Origin: Rhynchopus sp. YZ270_cl-10
Taxonomy: Eukaryota
Length of the DNA stretch: 64,000 nucleotides
NCBI GenBank assembly: GCA_964035575.1
Contig: OZ037843.1
Location: forward strand, 186,001 to 250,000
Direction of reading: 5' to 3'
The position numbers and the translations under genes were made by a program. Within the stretch, counting starts at the first letter, position 1; each line of letters begins with the position of its first letter. Shown here piece by piece: positions 24,301-38,987 of the stretch. The notes under the pieces are model-generated. The model was not told the origin of the DNA, did no database searches, and worked only from the letters and a program-made list of their open reading frames with translations.

Positions 24301-27300
24301 ACATGTCAGCGGGCTTCGCAATCGCACTGCCCTCGCTCGGGTCCTCGCACTGGCACACCCAGTTGCCGAGGGAGTCGACGTCCTGCTTCGAGTCCACACA
24401 ACGCTGGCCTGCCGCAGAGCAGATCGTGTTGCCGTTGTCCTGGCCGTTGTTCCACTCCTTCGGCACAATGCACTCATCGATGAGACACTTCGCCGCCTCG
24501 CCCACACCAGACTTCCCGGTGTACGGCCACGCGCACTGGCATTCCCACGAGCCCAGCAGTGAGAGGTCGTCATCGACACACATCTGCGAGTTCTTGCCCG
24601 CAGTGATCACACCAGAGCACACGTTCGCGTTCTCGAGGATCGTGCACTCGTCGATCGGGCACACTGCCGCAGCCGCACGCTGGGTACCAAGGCCGGGCGC
24701 CTTGCACTTGCACCACCAGTCTCCGGTGCTGATGGGGTCCTTGTTCGCGTCCTCGCAGTCCTGGCCCGCGGAGAGGCAAGCGTGCTTGCTGGATCCGGGG
24801 AGCATCGCGCACGTTGCGCATGGCACCGTGCACTCGTCGAGCTCGCAGGTGGCGGGGGCAGTCTTCTTGGGAGTGCCGGTCTGGGGGCTGACGCACACGC
24901 AGGTCCAGTCTCCGGGTGTCTCGACGTTGGGGTCGACGCAGGTCTGTCCCATGTTGGTGCAGATGTCGGAGTTGCTCTTGTCATCGCACTCACCAACGAA
25001 CGCGCACACGGCAACTCCAGCCACGGCGGTACCTGTGGAAGGTGCGGGGCAGCTGCACGACCAGTCGCCGGTGGACTCAGCAGCCAAGTTGTCATCGAAA
25101 CAGGTCTGTCCCGCGGACTGGCACTGCTTGCCGTGCACGACACACTCGTCGTAGGTGCAGACGGCAACTCCATTCACGACCTTGCCCACGTAAGGTGTGT
25201 GGCACTCGCAGTACCAGTCACCCTCGGTGGTGGTGTCAGGGTCGACGCACGCCTGCTCAGCCTTCTCGCACACGGAGCCGGCGGCGGTGTCACACTCGTT
25301 CGTAGTGCACACGGCCACAGCACCCTTGGCGCTCACAGTGCTGCCGACACACTGGCACTCCCAGTCCTTGGTCGACGTCGGGGACGTGCTGCCCTCAACA
25401 CAGACCTGCGCAGGGCCGCTTGCCGCCTCGCACACTGTCTTGCTTCCTCCAGCGGTTCTGGCGCACGTCACACACGTCGCAAGGCACTCGTCAAGGATGC
25501 AGTTCAACGAGTCGGCGGGGAAGTCGGAGGTGAAGGGCATCTCGGGTCCGGTCTGGGGCATCACACACTCGCAACGTCCCTGGGTGCCCTTGGGCACGCA
25601 CATCTGTCCACGGGCAGTGCAGGTGCTTCCGTAGGTCTGGCACCAGGAGCCGCCAGGGCATGTTGCAGGTGCACCAGTGGTGCCGCGCTCGGTGGGGGTC
25701 TCGGGGCAGACGCACATCCAGTCGTTCTTGGAGGTGATGTCGGTGTTGGGGTCGACGCAGAGCTGGCCTGCGGCAGTGCAGATGGAGGCCTTGGTCGTCT
25801 CCAGGCATTCGTCCCAGAGGCAGTTCGCCACACGGCCGGTCGCCGTCCCGACTGAGGGAGACGGGCACTCGCAGCGCCAGTCGCCTGTCACAGAGGTGTT
25901 CGCGTCGACGCAGGACTGGCCAGCAACGCCGCAGACGCCTTCGTTGAGACCACCGTTCGCCTCGCATTCGTCAACCATGCACTGCACAACAGCGGCGGCG
26001 GTGGCAGACCCAGTGAGGCCTGTCGGGCAGACACAGCGCCAGTCCTTCACGTCCGACGGGGAGAGCGACGTCTCCTCACAGCGCTGCTTGTTCTGCTCGC
26101 AGACGTTTCCGGCGCCCTTGTCGGCGCAGGTCGCGCACTGTGAGGTGCACTCGTCCAGCTGGCACAGCGCAGGTCCTCCCGTTGTGCTGACGCCCGAGGA
26201 CGGCTCGACACACTGGCACACCCAGTCACCCACAACCATGACATCCGGGTCGTAGCAGGTCTGGCCAACCTGGGTGCACACCTTTGCGTTCTCTGCGCAT
26301 TCGCCAGTCCAGTCGCAGGTGGCGGTCGACATGGCAGCCTCACCAGACGCGCCCTTCGGGCAGATGCACTTCCAGTCGCCGACAGACCCGCTCTCGGTGT
26401 TGGTGTCGAAGCAGGTCTGGCCCACAGAGGCGCAGACGTTCACGTCCGTGCACTCGTCGGTGATGCAGACAGCAGGCTTGCCAGCAGCGGACTCGCCGAA
26501 GGAAGGGGCGTTGCACTCGCAGCGCCAGTCGCCCTGGCTCTTGGCAGCCTTGCTCGAGTCGACGCAGGTCTGTCCAGCACCGCACACAGCAGCAGCGGCA
26601 GCGGCAGCAGCACCAGCAGGCGGCGCAACACACATCTGGATGCGCTCCTGGAGCGTGCCGTCCACGGGGCAGCCCTTCTTGCGGTTGTCCTCGCTGTCCT
26701 CAATGATGCAGTAGGCTCCTGCCTGCGTTGTGGGGTTGCAGCATCCTGCCGTGCACGGCGAGTCCACACCTGGTCCCGACCCGACGACGAGGGCGAGCAG
26801 GGGCTCCTGCCAGTTGCATTTGCAGGCACAGCCGTTAACAGTCTCACGGGGCACCTGCTCGCAGCCTACGGCACCGAAGTTGGTGACCTCGGCACACTCA
26901 TCCATCTCGCAGACGGCCACAGCACGTGTCGCCATGGCACCACCGCCAGGGCAGGAGCACATCCAGTCGCCTGTAGAGGTGGCGGTCGTGACCGGGTCAG
27001 TGCAGCCCTGTCCTGCCTGCGTGCAGAGGTTTCCGGCACCCTTGTTCGCGCACGTGTCGCACACCTGTGTGCACTCGTCAAGAACGCAGTCCGCAGCCTT
27101 GCGCACAGAGAAGATGTCGCCCGCAGCGCAGTGGCACTCCCAGTCGCCCGTCGAGGTCGGCGTCGGCTTGGGGTCGATGCAGACCTGTCCCGCGGTGTTG
27201 CAGATGTTGAAGTTCTCCTGGATGTTGCACTCGTTCAGAATACACTGCGCAGGCACGCCCTTGCCAGTACCAGTCTGTCCAACCGGGCAGGTGCACAGGA

Positions 27301-30300
27301 AGTCTCCCGTCGAGGTTGGGTCCATGTCAGGGTCGCTGCAGGTCTGTCCCTCCCCGCAGACAGGGTCCTGCGTGTCCAGACGCACACACTCGTCCACACG
27401 GCAGACAGGGATCGCGAGGGTGCGGTTCCCAGTGGCAGGCGGCTTGCAGATGCACATCCAGTCGCTGCGCGAGCGGACGTCCTGGTTCGGGTCGTGGCAC
27501 AGCGTGTTGGTGGCGGTGCAGGCGTTGCCCTGGCCGTTGCCGCTGTCCGCACAGGAGATGCAGACCTCGGCACACTCGTCGAGCATGCACGACGCGATGG
27601 CGGCAGTCTCCTGGCCGGCCTGGCCAGAGGGGCAGCGGCAGATCCAGTCGTGGAGCGAAGAGGCGTCGGTGTTGGGGTCAACGCAGAGCTGTCCGGCAGC
27701 TGCGCACATGCCACCCTCGCAGGTGGAGCAGGTGGCGGAGCACTCGTCCAGAGTGCAGGTAGTGATGCCCATGACGGTCACGGTGCCGGTTGCAGGTGGG
27801 AGGCACTCGCACTGCCAGTTGCCCTGCTCAGAGGTGTCCGGGTCGACGCAGACCTGGCCCGCAGCAGTGCACAGGGCGTTCACGACAGCGTCCGCGCACT
27901 CGCTTGTGGGGGGCGGGGTGCACACAGCAGTGCTCGCAACAGCAGAGGCGGTGACGCCTGCGTTGGGCGCGCAGTGGCACTCCCAGTCGCCAGTGCTCGT
28001 CTCGGTCGTGGCGGGGTCCTCGCAGACCTGTCCTGCGTTGTGGCAAGTCTGCTCGTTCGTCACACACTCGTCCAGGACGCATGTCGTCGCACCGGCAACA
28101 GTGCTTCCCACAGCAGGCGGCGTGCACACGCACTCCCAGTCCCCCTCGGTCGTGAAGCCCTTGTCAACGCAGGTCTGGCCGGTGGGGCATTTATCGCTGT
28201 TGGTCGCATCCAAGCACTCATCGGTCTCGCACACAGCAGGGTTGCCGATGGCCACCTGGGTCGATCCCGGGCACTGGCAGGCCCAGTCGCCAAGGCTTGT
28301 GTAATCGGTGTTGCTGTCGATGCAGGTCTGTCCCGCCTTCACACAGACGTTGTCCTCGTTCTCGACCGTGACAGCCGTGCCTGGGAGGAACACCTTGCAC
28401 TCATCAATGGAGCAGTCTGCAGCGCCCGTGGTACGGGTTACCTTCTGGTTCGGAGGAGGGCAGGTGCACTTCCAGTGTCCGTCAATCGTCTTCTCGATGT
28501 CCTCACAGGTCTGGCCAGCACCGACGCAAGTGTCCCCGTAGAGCGTGCACTCGTCGACCTCGCACACAGCAGGCTTGGCAGTCGCAGAGCCCGTGGCAGG
28601 TGCTGTGCAGAAGCACTGCCAGTCCGAAAGCGAGGAGCCGTCCTGGTTAGGGTCAAGGCAGGTCTGGCCGACCAGCTCGCACTCAGATTTGTGGATGACA
28701 CACTCGTCGACCTTGCACCTCGCTGCGTTCGCAGTGGCAGAGCCGACGGCAGGTGTCTGGCACACACAGCGCCAGTCGCCCTCAATCGCGGTGTTGTCGT
28801 CTACACAGTCCTGTCCGGCGCCAGAGCACGTAGACCTGTGTGTCTTGCACTCATCCGTCACACACGTGGCTGCAGCAGCACGCTGGACACCAGAGGCAGG
28901 CTCGATGCAGCGGCACTCCCATGAGCTGAGACCTGTGATGGGGTTCTTGTCGGCGTCCACGCACGTCTGCTTCGCGTCCGAGCACGTCGTGCCTGCGCAC
29001 GTCGCGCACTGTGCAGTGCACTCGTCCAGCACGCAGACAGCGGCACCGCCGACCACAGGTGCACCAGTGGCAGGCACAACGCAGAGGCAGCTCCAGTCGC
29101 CCGCGGTCGCGGTGTCGGGGTCGTTGCAGATCTGCCCCTTGGAGGTGCACACGTCGCTGTTCGTCAGGTCATCGCATTCGCCAACCATCACACACTCCGC
29201 TGGCGCCTGGTTCCCTACGGCGTTCTGGTGCAGCGGTGGGGAGCACTGGCAGACCCAGTTGTTGAGGCTGGTCTCCCTCTTGTCCTCGTCAAGGCAGACC
29301 TGTCCGATGTTCGAGCACACGTGCCCGTGGGTCTTGCACTCATCGACAATGCAGACAGCTGGGCCCTTTGTTTCCTTCCCGCTCGCAGGGTCCTGGCAGT
29401 GGCACTCCCAGTCGCTGAGGCTGTCCGGGCTGGTGTTGGGGTCGATGCACGTCTGGCTGCTGGCGGCACAGACGAATCTCGCACGGTCGCACTCGTCAAC
29501 AGCGCAGACGGCCGCCTTCCCGACGGAGACCTGCGTGGAGGGTGCGGGGCAGCGGCACTCCCAGTCCCAGAGGGAGGATGCCTTCGGGTTCGGGTCGTAG
29601 CAGGTCTGGCCGGCAGCCTTGCATGCGTTGTTCGAGCAGGAGACGCAGGTCGACACACACTCGTCCATGAGACAGACAGCCGCAGTCTTCACACCCGTGC
29701 CGGTCGACGGTGGGGCGCACACACACTGCCAGGTGTCCGTCGTGGTCAGGTCGGAGTCAAGGCACGTCTGTGCGGGGACGGCCTGCTCGCACACGGCTCT
29801 GTTGTCGACACACTCGTCCACCTCGCAGACTGCCGCACCCAGCTTCTTGACGTTGGAGGATGGGGGCGGGCAGACGCACTGCCACGTGTTGAGTGTGCTC
29901 ACATCGGAGTCCACGCAGGTCTGCATCGCAAGCTTGCACTCGTCTCCGTGGATGAGGCACTCGTTGGTCGTGCACGTCGCCACACCACCTGTCTTCGAGC
30001 CCTGGTCCGGCGCCACACAGAGACAGTCAAAGTCGCCAGTGGTCGAGAGGTGCGAGTCGTGGCACACCTGCCCCGCGTCCGTGCAGATCTTGCCGTTCGG
30101 GGAGGTCGCGCCTGTGAGCACGTCGACGCACTCGTCTGCGCTGCACACAGCCGCGTTGCCCTGCTGCATGATGTGCTGGAACGGGGCCGGGCACCTGCAC
30201 GACCAGTCGTTCGTCTGCCACGGGTCGGTGTTGGTGTCGACGCACTCCTGGCCGAGCGCAGTGCAGATGTTGCCAGCGCCCTTGTCCGCGCAGGTGTCAC

Positions 30301-33300
30301 ACTTCGTCACACACTCGTCCACAATGCACTTCATGACGTAGGCACCCACCTGTGTCGATCCTCCGATCTTGCACTTGCAGTACCAGTCGTTCGTCACAGA
30401 CTGGCTAGGGTCCACGCAGTCCTGGTCCGCTCCGGTGCAGACGTTGCCGCTGCCTGTGTCCGCACAGGTAGCACACACTGCGGCGCACTCGTTGAGCGTG
30501 CACACTGCTGCGGGGCCCTGGACAGCGCTGCCCGAGGAAGGGGGCGGGCACTGGCAGGTCCAGTCGTTCTTGCTAGCGAGGGTTGGTGTCGGGTCGACGC
30601 AGGTCTGAGTTGCGTCGGTGCACTTCTTTGTGTTGGCTGCGTCAGAGCACTCGTCGTACACACACTCCGCCACGACGGCAGTGGTGCGTGTCGTGGTCGA
30701 GGGCGCGGCACACACACACATCCAGTTGGAGAGGCTCGTGGCGCTTGTGTCCGGGTCCGTGCAGGTCTGGCCTGCGGCGGTGCAGACGTCTGCCTCACAT
30801 GACGGGCAGGTGGCGACACACTCGTCGATCAGACACACTGCCGCAGCACCCTTCACTGGTGTGCCCGTAGAAGGTGCCTTGCAGGCGCATTCCCAGTTCC
30901 CGTTGGTGGTCGTGTCCGTGTCGACGCAGTCCTGGTCGTGGAGTTTGCAGAGGTCGGCCTCGCAGGAGGGGCACGTCGCCAGACACTCGTCCATGATGCA
31001 CGTTGCGGGTGCGCCAACAACGGGCACGCCTGCGTAGGGTGCGATGCAGGCGCATTCGTACTCGGTGGCAGACTTCTGCACGCAGTGCTGCTTCGCCTGT
31101 GCGCACTTCACATCGCCGCCCTGGTCAACACACACGTCCGGTGGCGTGCACGTGGCCGCCGCCTGCATACCAGCAACACCAGTGTCGGGAGCAATGCACT
31201 CGCAGATCCAGTTGTTCGGGGTGGTCGTGTCCGTGTCCTTGCACGTCTGCCCCGCCACGTCGCAGATTGTGTTCTCCTTGCACTCATCGTCGGTGCAGGT
31301 GGCAGGTCCGCCTGCCTGCGAGCCGACCGTGGGCGGCTGGCACTCGCAGAACCAGTTGCCGCTGGTGAGCTGGTCGGGGTCGACGCACACCTGGCCCGCA
31401 GCACACTTAGAGCCGTGCTCGACACACTCGTCCTTCGCGCACACAGCCGCGTTCGCCTGTGCCGTGGTGGTCGAAGGCGGGGGGCACTTGCACATCCAGT
31501 CGCCGAGCTTCGAGATCCCGGTGTCAGGGTCCTCACAGGTCTGTCCGTTCTTGGCACAGAGGCCCTGTGCGCAAGTCGGGCACGTTGCAACGCACTCATC
31601 GATGGTGCAGACGGCAGCACCACCACGTCCCCCAGTCGTCGTGGCCGGGGCTGTGCAGACGCACATCCAGTCGTCAAGGCTGGAGGTGTCCGGGGTAGGG
31701 TCTGTGCAGGTCTGTCCGGCAGAGGTGCAGACATCGACTCCGTTGACCTGTGCGCAGGTGGGGCAGGTCTCCTCGCACTCGTTGAGCGGGCACACGGCAG
31801 GGCCGCCTGTGGTAGGGGTGCCGCCAGTGACACACTCGCACACCCAGTTGTTGTCGGTCGTCTTGTCCGCATCCTTGCAGATCTGGTTCGCTGCGGTGCA
31901 GACTGCTCCGTGCTCAGTGCACTCATCCTTCTCGCAGGTCGTCACCGGTGCCTGCTGCGCAGTGCCAGTCATCGGCGCGACACACTTGCACACCCAGTTG
32001 TTCGTGACAAGGTTGTCCGGGTCTTCGCAGATCTGGCCCTTGTCAGTGCACACGTTGTTCACATCGCTCGGCACGCCTGGAATGGGGTCGCGAATAATCT
32101 TTGCACCGCCGTCGGCAGGGATCGTGCCCGCAGCAGAGCAGAAGTTGCGCCTCGCTGTGCAGCCCTTCTTCGTGTTGTAGTCGTTCACTGCCAAGTAGCA
32201 CCAGTCGCCTGAGGGGTGAGACTCAGGGTTGCAGCACCCAGCCTTGCATTCCTCGGTGGATCCAGGGCCCGGGGGCATGACAATGACGTTCCCGTTGCCG
32301 TCCTTGAAGGTGGCCGTCCAGTCGCATGCACACTGGCAACCGTCTGATGTGTAACGTGGCACGTGGGTGCAGGTGACAGCGTCGGAGAGCTCCTCACACT
32401 CGTTCTTGCCGTCGATGCACTGCGCCACAGCAGCAGAGGTGGCGAACTTGGCGCTAGTCTTGCATGTGCACGTCCAGGTGCCCAGGTCCGTCGCAGTGGT
32501 GACAGGGTCGTGGCACACCTGGTCAGCGGCCTCGCAGACGTTCGCAGAGGCCATGTCGGTCTTGGCACAGCTCGGGCACACGGCAACGCACTCATCGAGG
32601 TTGCACGGGACAACGGCGCCGAGCTTCTGGGATCCGGTCTGTGGCGCGACGCACTGGCACTCCCAGTCGTCGAGGGTCGTCGTGCTGGGGTCGACGCAGA
32701 CCTGCGACACATCCTCGCACTTCTGCTTGTTCACCGCCAGGGTGCACTCATTGACCTCGCAGGTGGCAACGCCGCCAACCTTGACAGTGGTGGACGGTGA
32801 TGCGCATTCGCACTGCCAGTTGTTCGGTGTCGTCTGGTCCGTGTCCACACACACCTGCGACGCAGCGTCGCACACAGCGCCGTTCGCGATACACTCGTTC
32901 TCCGTGCACGTCGCCACACCGGTGAGCATGCGCCCCACCTTCGGGTCCACACAGACGCACTCCCAGTCACCGCTGACAGAGGTGCTGGGCTCGACACAGG
33001 TCTGTCCCGCACCGTCGCACACGTTGCCCTTCATGTCGTCCTTGTCGGCGCAGGTGGGGCACTTCACCTGGCACTCGTCCAGGGTGCAGTCCGCAGCGGC
33101 AATGGTGTTCTGGCCGGAGAACGGCAGGCGGCACTTGCAGACCCAGTTGCCGAGGCTGAGGGCGTCGGTGTTCGGGTCCTCACAGTCCTGGTTGGCGGCA
33201 GTGCAGACGTTGTCCGACATGGCGTCCTTCTTGGCACAGGTCGCGCACGTCACAGTGCACTCGTCGATCGCGCACTCCGCAGCGGCGTTGGTGCCCACCT

Positions 33301-36300
33301 TGGTCTGTGTGGCCGGTGCAATGCACTCACACTCGAACTGGTTGTCGAGCGGGAGTACCGTGTCCTTGCAGGACTGTCCTGCCGCCTCGCACGTCTTGCC
33401 GTTCACCTCGCAGTCACCTGGTGGGTCTGTGCAGACGGCCACGCCGAGTTTCACGGTGGTACCCATCTGGGGGGCGATGCACTCGCACTGCCACGTGTCA
33501 GGCGCGTTCAGGTCGGTGTCGACGCACAGCTGTCCCTTCATCTTGCACACCACGTCCTGCTCTGTGCACTCGTTGTGGCTGCAGTCCGCCACCGCCATAG
33601 TCGCAGACACAGAGCTGCGGGGAGCAGGGCACACGCACTCCCAGTTCCCGGTTGTGGAGGTGTCAGGGTCACGGCAGGTCTGCATTGCACCAGTACACGT
33701 ATCCTTGTTCGGTGGAGTGCCCTCCTCGCACTCGTCCAGCGCGCACACAGCAACATGCTGCGGGCCCGTACCCGTCTTCGGTGCCACACACTTGCACACC
33801 CAGTCACCGTCGACAGTCTGGTCAGGGTCCTCGCAGATCTGCTCGGCATCAGTGCAAATGTTGTTCTGGGTGTCGGGGATGCCAGGGATAGTTGCCCTTG
33901 GCGGCACACCACCAGTGGCAGGCACAGCTCCGGCAGCAAGACAGGTTTCACGTGCAGTGCTGCACCCACGCTGAGTGTTGAAATCGTTTGCTGCCGGGTA
34001 GCACCAGTCTCCACCTGCCTCGGAGTTCGGGTTGCAGCATCCTCCTGCACACGGGGTGGTGGATCCCGGACCGTCAGGGTACACAATCACCATCCCGTTG
34101 AAGTCCTTGAAGGTGGCAATCCAGTCGCATGCACACTGGCATCCGCTTGCAGTGTAACGAGGCACGTGGTTGCAGCTAACAGCGTTGGAGATCTCCTCAC
34201 ACTCGTTCTTAGTCGGGGGAGGGGGCACGTCAGTGGCAGGTGCGTCGGTGGGCACGGCTGTTGGTGCTGCTGTGTCAGGTGGGTTTGTGGCAGGTGCGTC
34301 GGTGGCAGGTGGGTTTGTCGGTGCTGCCGTGGGCGGTGCACCGCACACAGCAACCTGCTGCTGTCCGGGGGTTCCGACCTTCGGTGCCACACACTTGCAC
34401 ACCCAGTTGTCATCTGTTGTCAGGTCAGGGTCCTCGCAGATCTGCTCGGCATCAGTGCAAATGTTATTCTGGGTGTCGGGGATGCCAGGGATAGTTGCCC
34501 TTGGCGGCACACCACCAGTGGCAGGCACAGCTCCAGCAGCAAGACAAGTTTCGCGAGATGTGCTGCACCCACGCTGGGTGTTGAAGTCGTTTGCTGCCGG
34601 GTAGCACCAGTCTCCAGTTGCTTCGGAGTTCGGGTTGCAGCATCCTCCTGCACACGGGGTGGTGGATCCCGGACCGTCAGGGTACACAATCACCATCCCG
34701 TTGCCGTCCTTGAAGGTGGCAATCCAATCGCATGCACACTGGCATCCGCTTGCAGTGTAACGAGGCTTGTGGTTGCAGGTGACAGCACTCGAGATCTCCT
34801 CACACTCGTTCTTCGTAGCAGGAGGAGGAACGTTCGTTGCAGGTGCGTCTGTCGGTGCAAGGGTCACGTCCACGCAAGTCGCCAGTGCCTGCTGTCCAGG
34901 TGTGCCGGTCTTGGGAGCGACACAGGTACACTGCCAGTCATTATCAGTCATGTTGTCAGGGTCAACACAGATCTGTCCTCCGTCAGTGCAAATGTTGTTC
35001 TGGCTGTCGGGGATGCCAGGGACAGTGGGACGTGGTGTGACACCACCAGTGGCAGGCACAGCTCCGGCAGCAAGACAGGTTTCGCGAGATGTGCTGCACC
35101 CACGCTGAGTGTTGAAGTCGTTACGTGCCGGGTAGCACCAGTCTCCACCTGCCTCGGAGTTCGGGTTGCAGCATCCTCCTGCACACGGGGTGGTGGATCC
35201 CGGACCGTCAGGGAGGACAATCACCATCATGGTCTGGGAGTCCTTGAAGGTGGCAATCCAGTCGCATGCACACTGGCATCCGCTTGCAGTGTAACGAGGC
35301 TTGTGGTTGCAGGTGACGGCAGCCGAGATCTCCTCACACTCGTTCTTTCCTGGTGGAGGGGGGGCGTTTGTGGCAGGTGCATCAGTGGCAGGTGCGTCTG
35401 TCGGTGCAATGGTTACGTCCACGCAAGTCGCCAGTGCCTGCTGTCCAGGTGTGCCGGTCTTGGGAGAGACACACTGACACTGCCAGTCATTATCAGTCAT
35501 GTTGTTAGGGTCAACGCAGATCTGTCCTCCGTCAGTGCAAATGTTGTTCTGGCTGTCGGGGATGCCAGGGATAGTGGGACGTGGTGTGACACCACCAGTG
35601 GCAGGCACAGCTCCGGCAGCAAGACAGGTTTCACGTGCAGTGCTGCACCCACGCTGAGTGTTGAAGTCGTTTGCTGCCGGGTAGCACCAGTCTCCACCTG
35701 CCTCGGAGTTCGGGTTGCAGCATCCTCCTGCACACGGGGTGGTGGATCCCGGACCGTCAGGGTACACAATCACCATCATGGTGGAGTCCTTGAAGGTGGC
35801 AATCCAATCGCATGCACACTGGCATCCGCTTGCAGTGTAACGAGGCTTGTGGTTGCAGGTGACAGCGGACGAGATCTCCTCACACTCGTTCTTTCCAGTC
35901 GGCGGGGGAACGTTCGTTGCAGGTGTGTCTGTCGGTGCAATGGTTGTGGCCACGCAAGTCGCCAGTGCCTGCTGTCCAGGTGTGCCGGTCTTGGGAGAGA
36001 CACACTGACACTGCCAGTCTTCTGTCGAGACTGTGTTGGGGTCCACGCACAGCTGCCCTCCGTCAGTGCAGACGTTGTTCTGGTCGCTGGGAACGCCGGG
36101 AATAGCAGCACGTGGTGTGACACCACCAGTGGCGGGCACAGCTCCAGCAGCAAGACAGGTTTCACGTGCAGTGCCACACCCACGCTGGGTGTTGAAATCG
36201 TTTGCTGCCGGGTAGCACCAGTCTCCACCTGCCTCGGAGTTCGGGTTGCAGCATCCTGGTTTACACGGGGTGGTGGATCCCGGACCGTCAGGGAGGACAA

Positions 36301-36478
36301 TCACCATCCCGGTCTGGGTGTTCTTGAAGGTGGCAATCCAGTCGCATGCACACTGGCATCCGCTTGCAGTGTAACGTGGGATGTGGTCACACGTGACAGC
36401 ACTCGAGATCTCAAGGCACTCATCAATTCCGTTGACAAGCGCACTCCCGAGCAGAAGCACGGCCGCCCGCAGGATCAT
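21310..36478 (-). CDS. Giant cysteine-rich type-I membrane protein, copy 2; exons complement(22735..36478, 22227..22577, 21962..22179, 21310..21876), 4,959 aa
   Basis: Same structure as copy 1 at offset 19,723. Exon 1 is 1,071 nt shorter (two 534-nt units plus one codon). Confidence 0.9.
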
Positions 36479-38987
36479 CTTAGCGAACCTGTGTCCTGTG
36501 TCGCTAATCTTGAAGGCTTTTGAAGCAGCGGTTTGTAGCAAGGAAACGCGCTGTGTCAGAAGGGTGGGTAGTATGTAGTATGTGTGTTGCTGTGGTGTGG
36601 TCATGCAATGGGGTGGTGGGTGGTGGGTGACGGGTGGTGGGAAGCAATAATAAGAACAAATGAGCAAAGCTACAAGGAAAGAGGAAAAGATACGGAGACA
36701 TTGGGTATGCCGTGGGGTCTGTCAGTACAGGTGCAAACGAACAGGAGAACGTGTCTCGAGCAGATAATATACTAAGGCGCGCAAAAACACCTCTCTGCAC
36801 CAGAGCAAAACCTTGTAAAAGATGCACCTGGTGTCTGTGTCTCTCTGCCAAAGATGGAGAGACAACCTTTTTTGTAAACAGCGTAACAAAAAAATAAAAC
36901 CGGTGCTCCTGAAAACCCCATTTGGCGTACTTCTTGCGTTGTTGCGTACTTGGTATTTTATTTTCTGGAGTACCAAAAACATGTAAGCACATGCCACAAG
37001 GCAGAAGTCCACCAGCCATCAAGCACCAGCCATCCTATGCACAACATCCTCTAGGCAGCAGCTCGATGCTAACAGCCCTTGACCTGGGTGGCACCGAGCA
37101 AAGCTGTCAGCCTTCCGCACACCACTGTCGCCTGCCACCGCCACAGCCTTGTTGTACACCTCCCACACGTTGTCCCCTAGCTCGTACATCCACTCTTGGG
37201 GCGTGCCTGGTTCTCCCCAACCAGCAGCTCGGCAACCACCTGAGGCCGTGTGAACCACCGACGTTCGCACCCTCGATGCGGAAGACATAACAAGGTGGCA
37301 TGCGACGCACACTGCTTCGCGTTGAACGAACAGATCCTGCGTCTCCATCAATCGCAAAGCATTGTCCTCTGCAGATGTGTGCAGCACACTGCGAACTTGT
37401 CGACATCTTCGTCGAGCAGAGGGTTGCCTACACGTTCACGTTCACAGCGAGGTGCGTTGCTTTCACTGTCATCCCGAGTAACCGCACGGCAGTACTCCCA
37501 CACGACGACGGCTTCCCGACACTGCCTTCCATCGTGCTGTATGCGTAAGACACGGACGAACTCCTAGCACTGCTTGCCGCATCGATAGCCACATCATCTA
37601 CGTTCCGCTTGAGTAGACCTCTATCATGGTGTGCATTGCACGCTTCCCTGGGTTGGGCATGGTAGAGAGATGCTGCTTCCTGGCTTCTTTAGAGTTCGTC
37701 TGACTTCAATGTGACCGGACAGAGAGGAGACCGGACAGGAGGAAATCATTTTGCACTGCTAGGTAGAGTTGAAGTACAAAGCCTGTGAACAGTGTGGAAC
37801 AATGACCGGCTGTACCGGCGGGTGGACAAAGCCAACCATGCAGTCGTACATCCATTTCGTGGTTTGCATCTGAAAAGAAGGGGGGCTGTGGGAATATAAA
37901 GTACGGTATCGCAACTATCAAAGATGTTTTGTTTTGTTTTGTTTTTTTGAAATTCGTGCCCAAAAAAAAAAAAACGGAGGTTTTTTTTTTTTTTCCTTAG
38001 CGCACAAAATCAGAGCCCAAATCAGCTAATAGCGTACTCTGTGCAACAAATGCAAGAGAAAAAAAAATAAAAGAAAAGCTTATTTGGTGCTCCGGGAGGG
38101 GTCGATATATTGACAGGTCGCCGACAGGTCGTGACACATCGCTGACAGGTCGTTGACCGACTTCCGAAAGCACCACACTAATGAGATGAGCCTAGTCACC
38201 TACAATCATAAAATAAAAAGCGCCTGCATAATAATGTGAGAATAGCTATCTCTCGACTTTGAACTCGAAAAAAGAAAAAGAAGAAAAATAAAAAGAGAAG
38301 TAAAGTGCAAAAACGCCTCACCGTTCATCGGCGGACGCAAGGCACCGCAAAAAAGAAAAGTTGATTAATTTTGAAATACAAAAATCCCTATCATACCAGT
38401 GTACCTTTGTGGCAAATGACCGGTATACCCCAACCATGCGGCCCTCGCTACTAACAGAGATGAATCTAAGCCTCTCGTGCTTAGTCATCTTGGCAAGGAG
38501 AGGTTGAGAGTGCAAACGCCTCCAGGGGAACGCGAGGCACGGATTTTCATTTTTAATAATTTGGTGGAAACAAGAAAAACGTGTTTGTTTCAAAAAATAA
38601 TGTGTGTGTTTCAAAGGACAAAAAAAAAAGAGCTCGGAATGAGCGAAGAAAACGAGAAAAAAAAAATATGGGGAGGAAATTGTGTGCCAGTGCACACATT
38701 TGACTTGGGAGGAGGTCGCACTTCAGGAAACCCTCAAGGAGAAATTGTTGGGCTGACCTAGCTAGGTGCAGCTCATACGAATGACGTGCCCGACAACACT
38801 TTTTACATGACCGGCCCGTCTTTTTATTTTTGAAGAATTGTTGGAACAGTGTAGTTGCCACCTGTGCTGTGCAAGCTCCACTGTCTTTTTGCAAACGTCG
38901 TTCATAGCAAGCCCACCCCCACTGAGTTAGCCACACAACTGTGCACGACTCAACATCGTTGCCAGCCGTACCCTGCCACAAAGGCAA

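Larger units (their letters stand above)
1..37157. repeat. Tandem segmental duplication: 1..18516 vs 19724..37157
   Basis: ORF track and sequence repeat at offset 19,723, including introns, MITEs and homopolymer lengths. Homology upstream of the gene ends after 'gccttgttgtac' (18516/37157). Confidence 0.95.

Noticed and set aside
37019..37860. GC-balanced, coding-looking minus-strand stretch upstream of giant gene copy 2
   Set aside because: Only short ORFs in changing frames with no recognisable motif; might be a decayed gene but cannot be supported.
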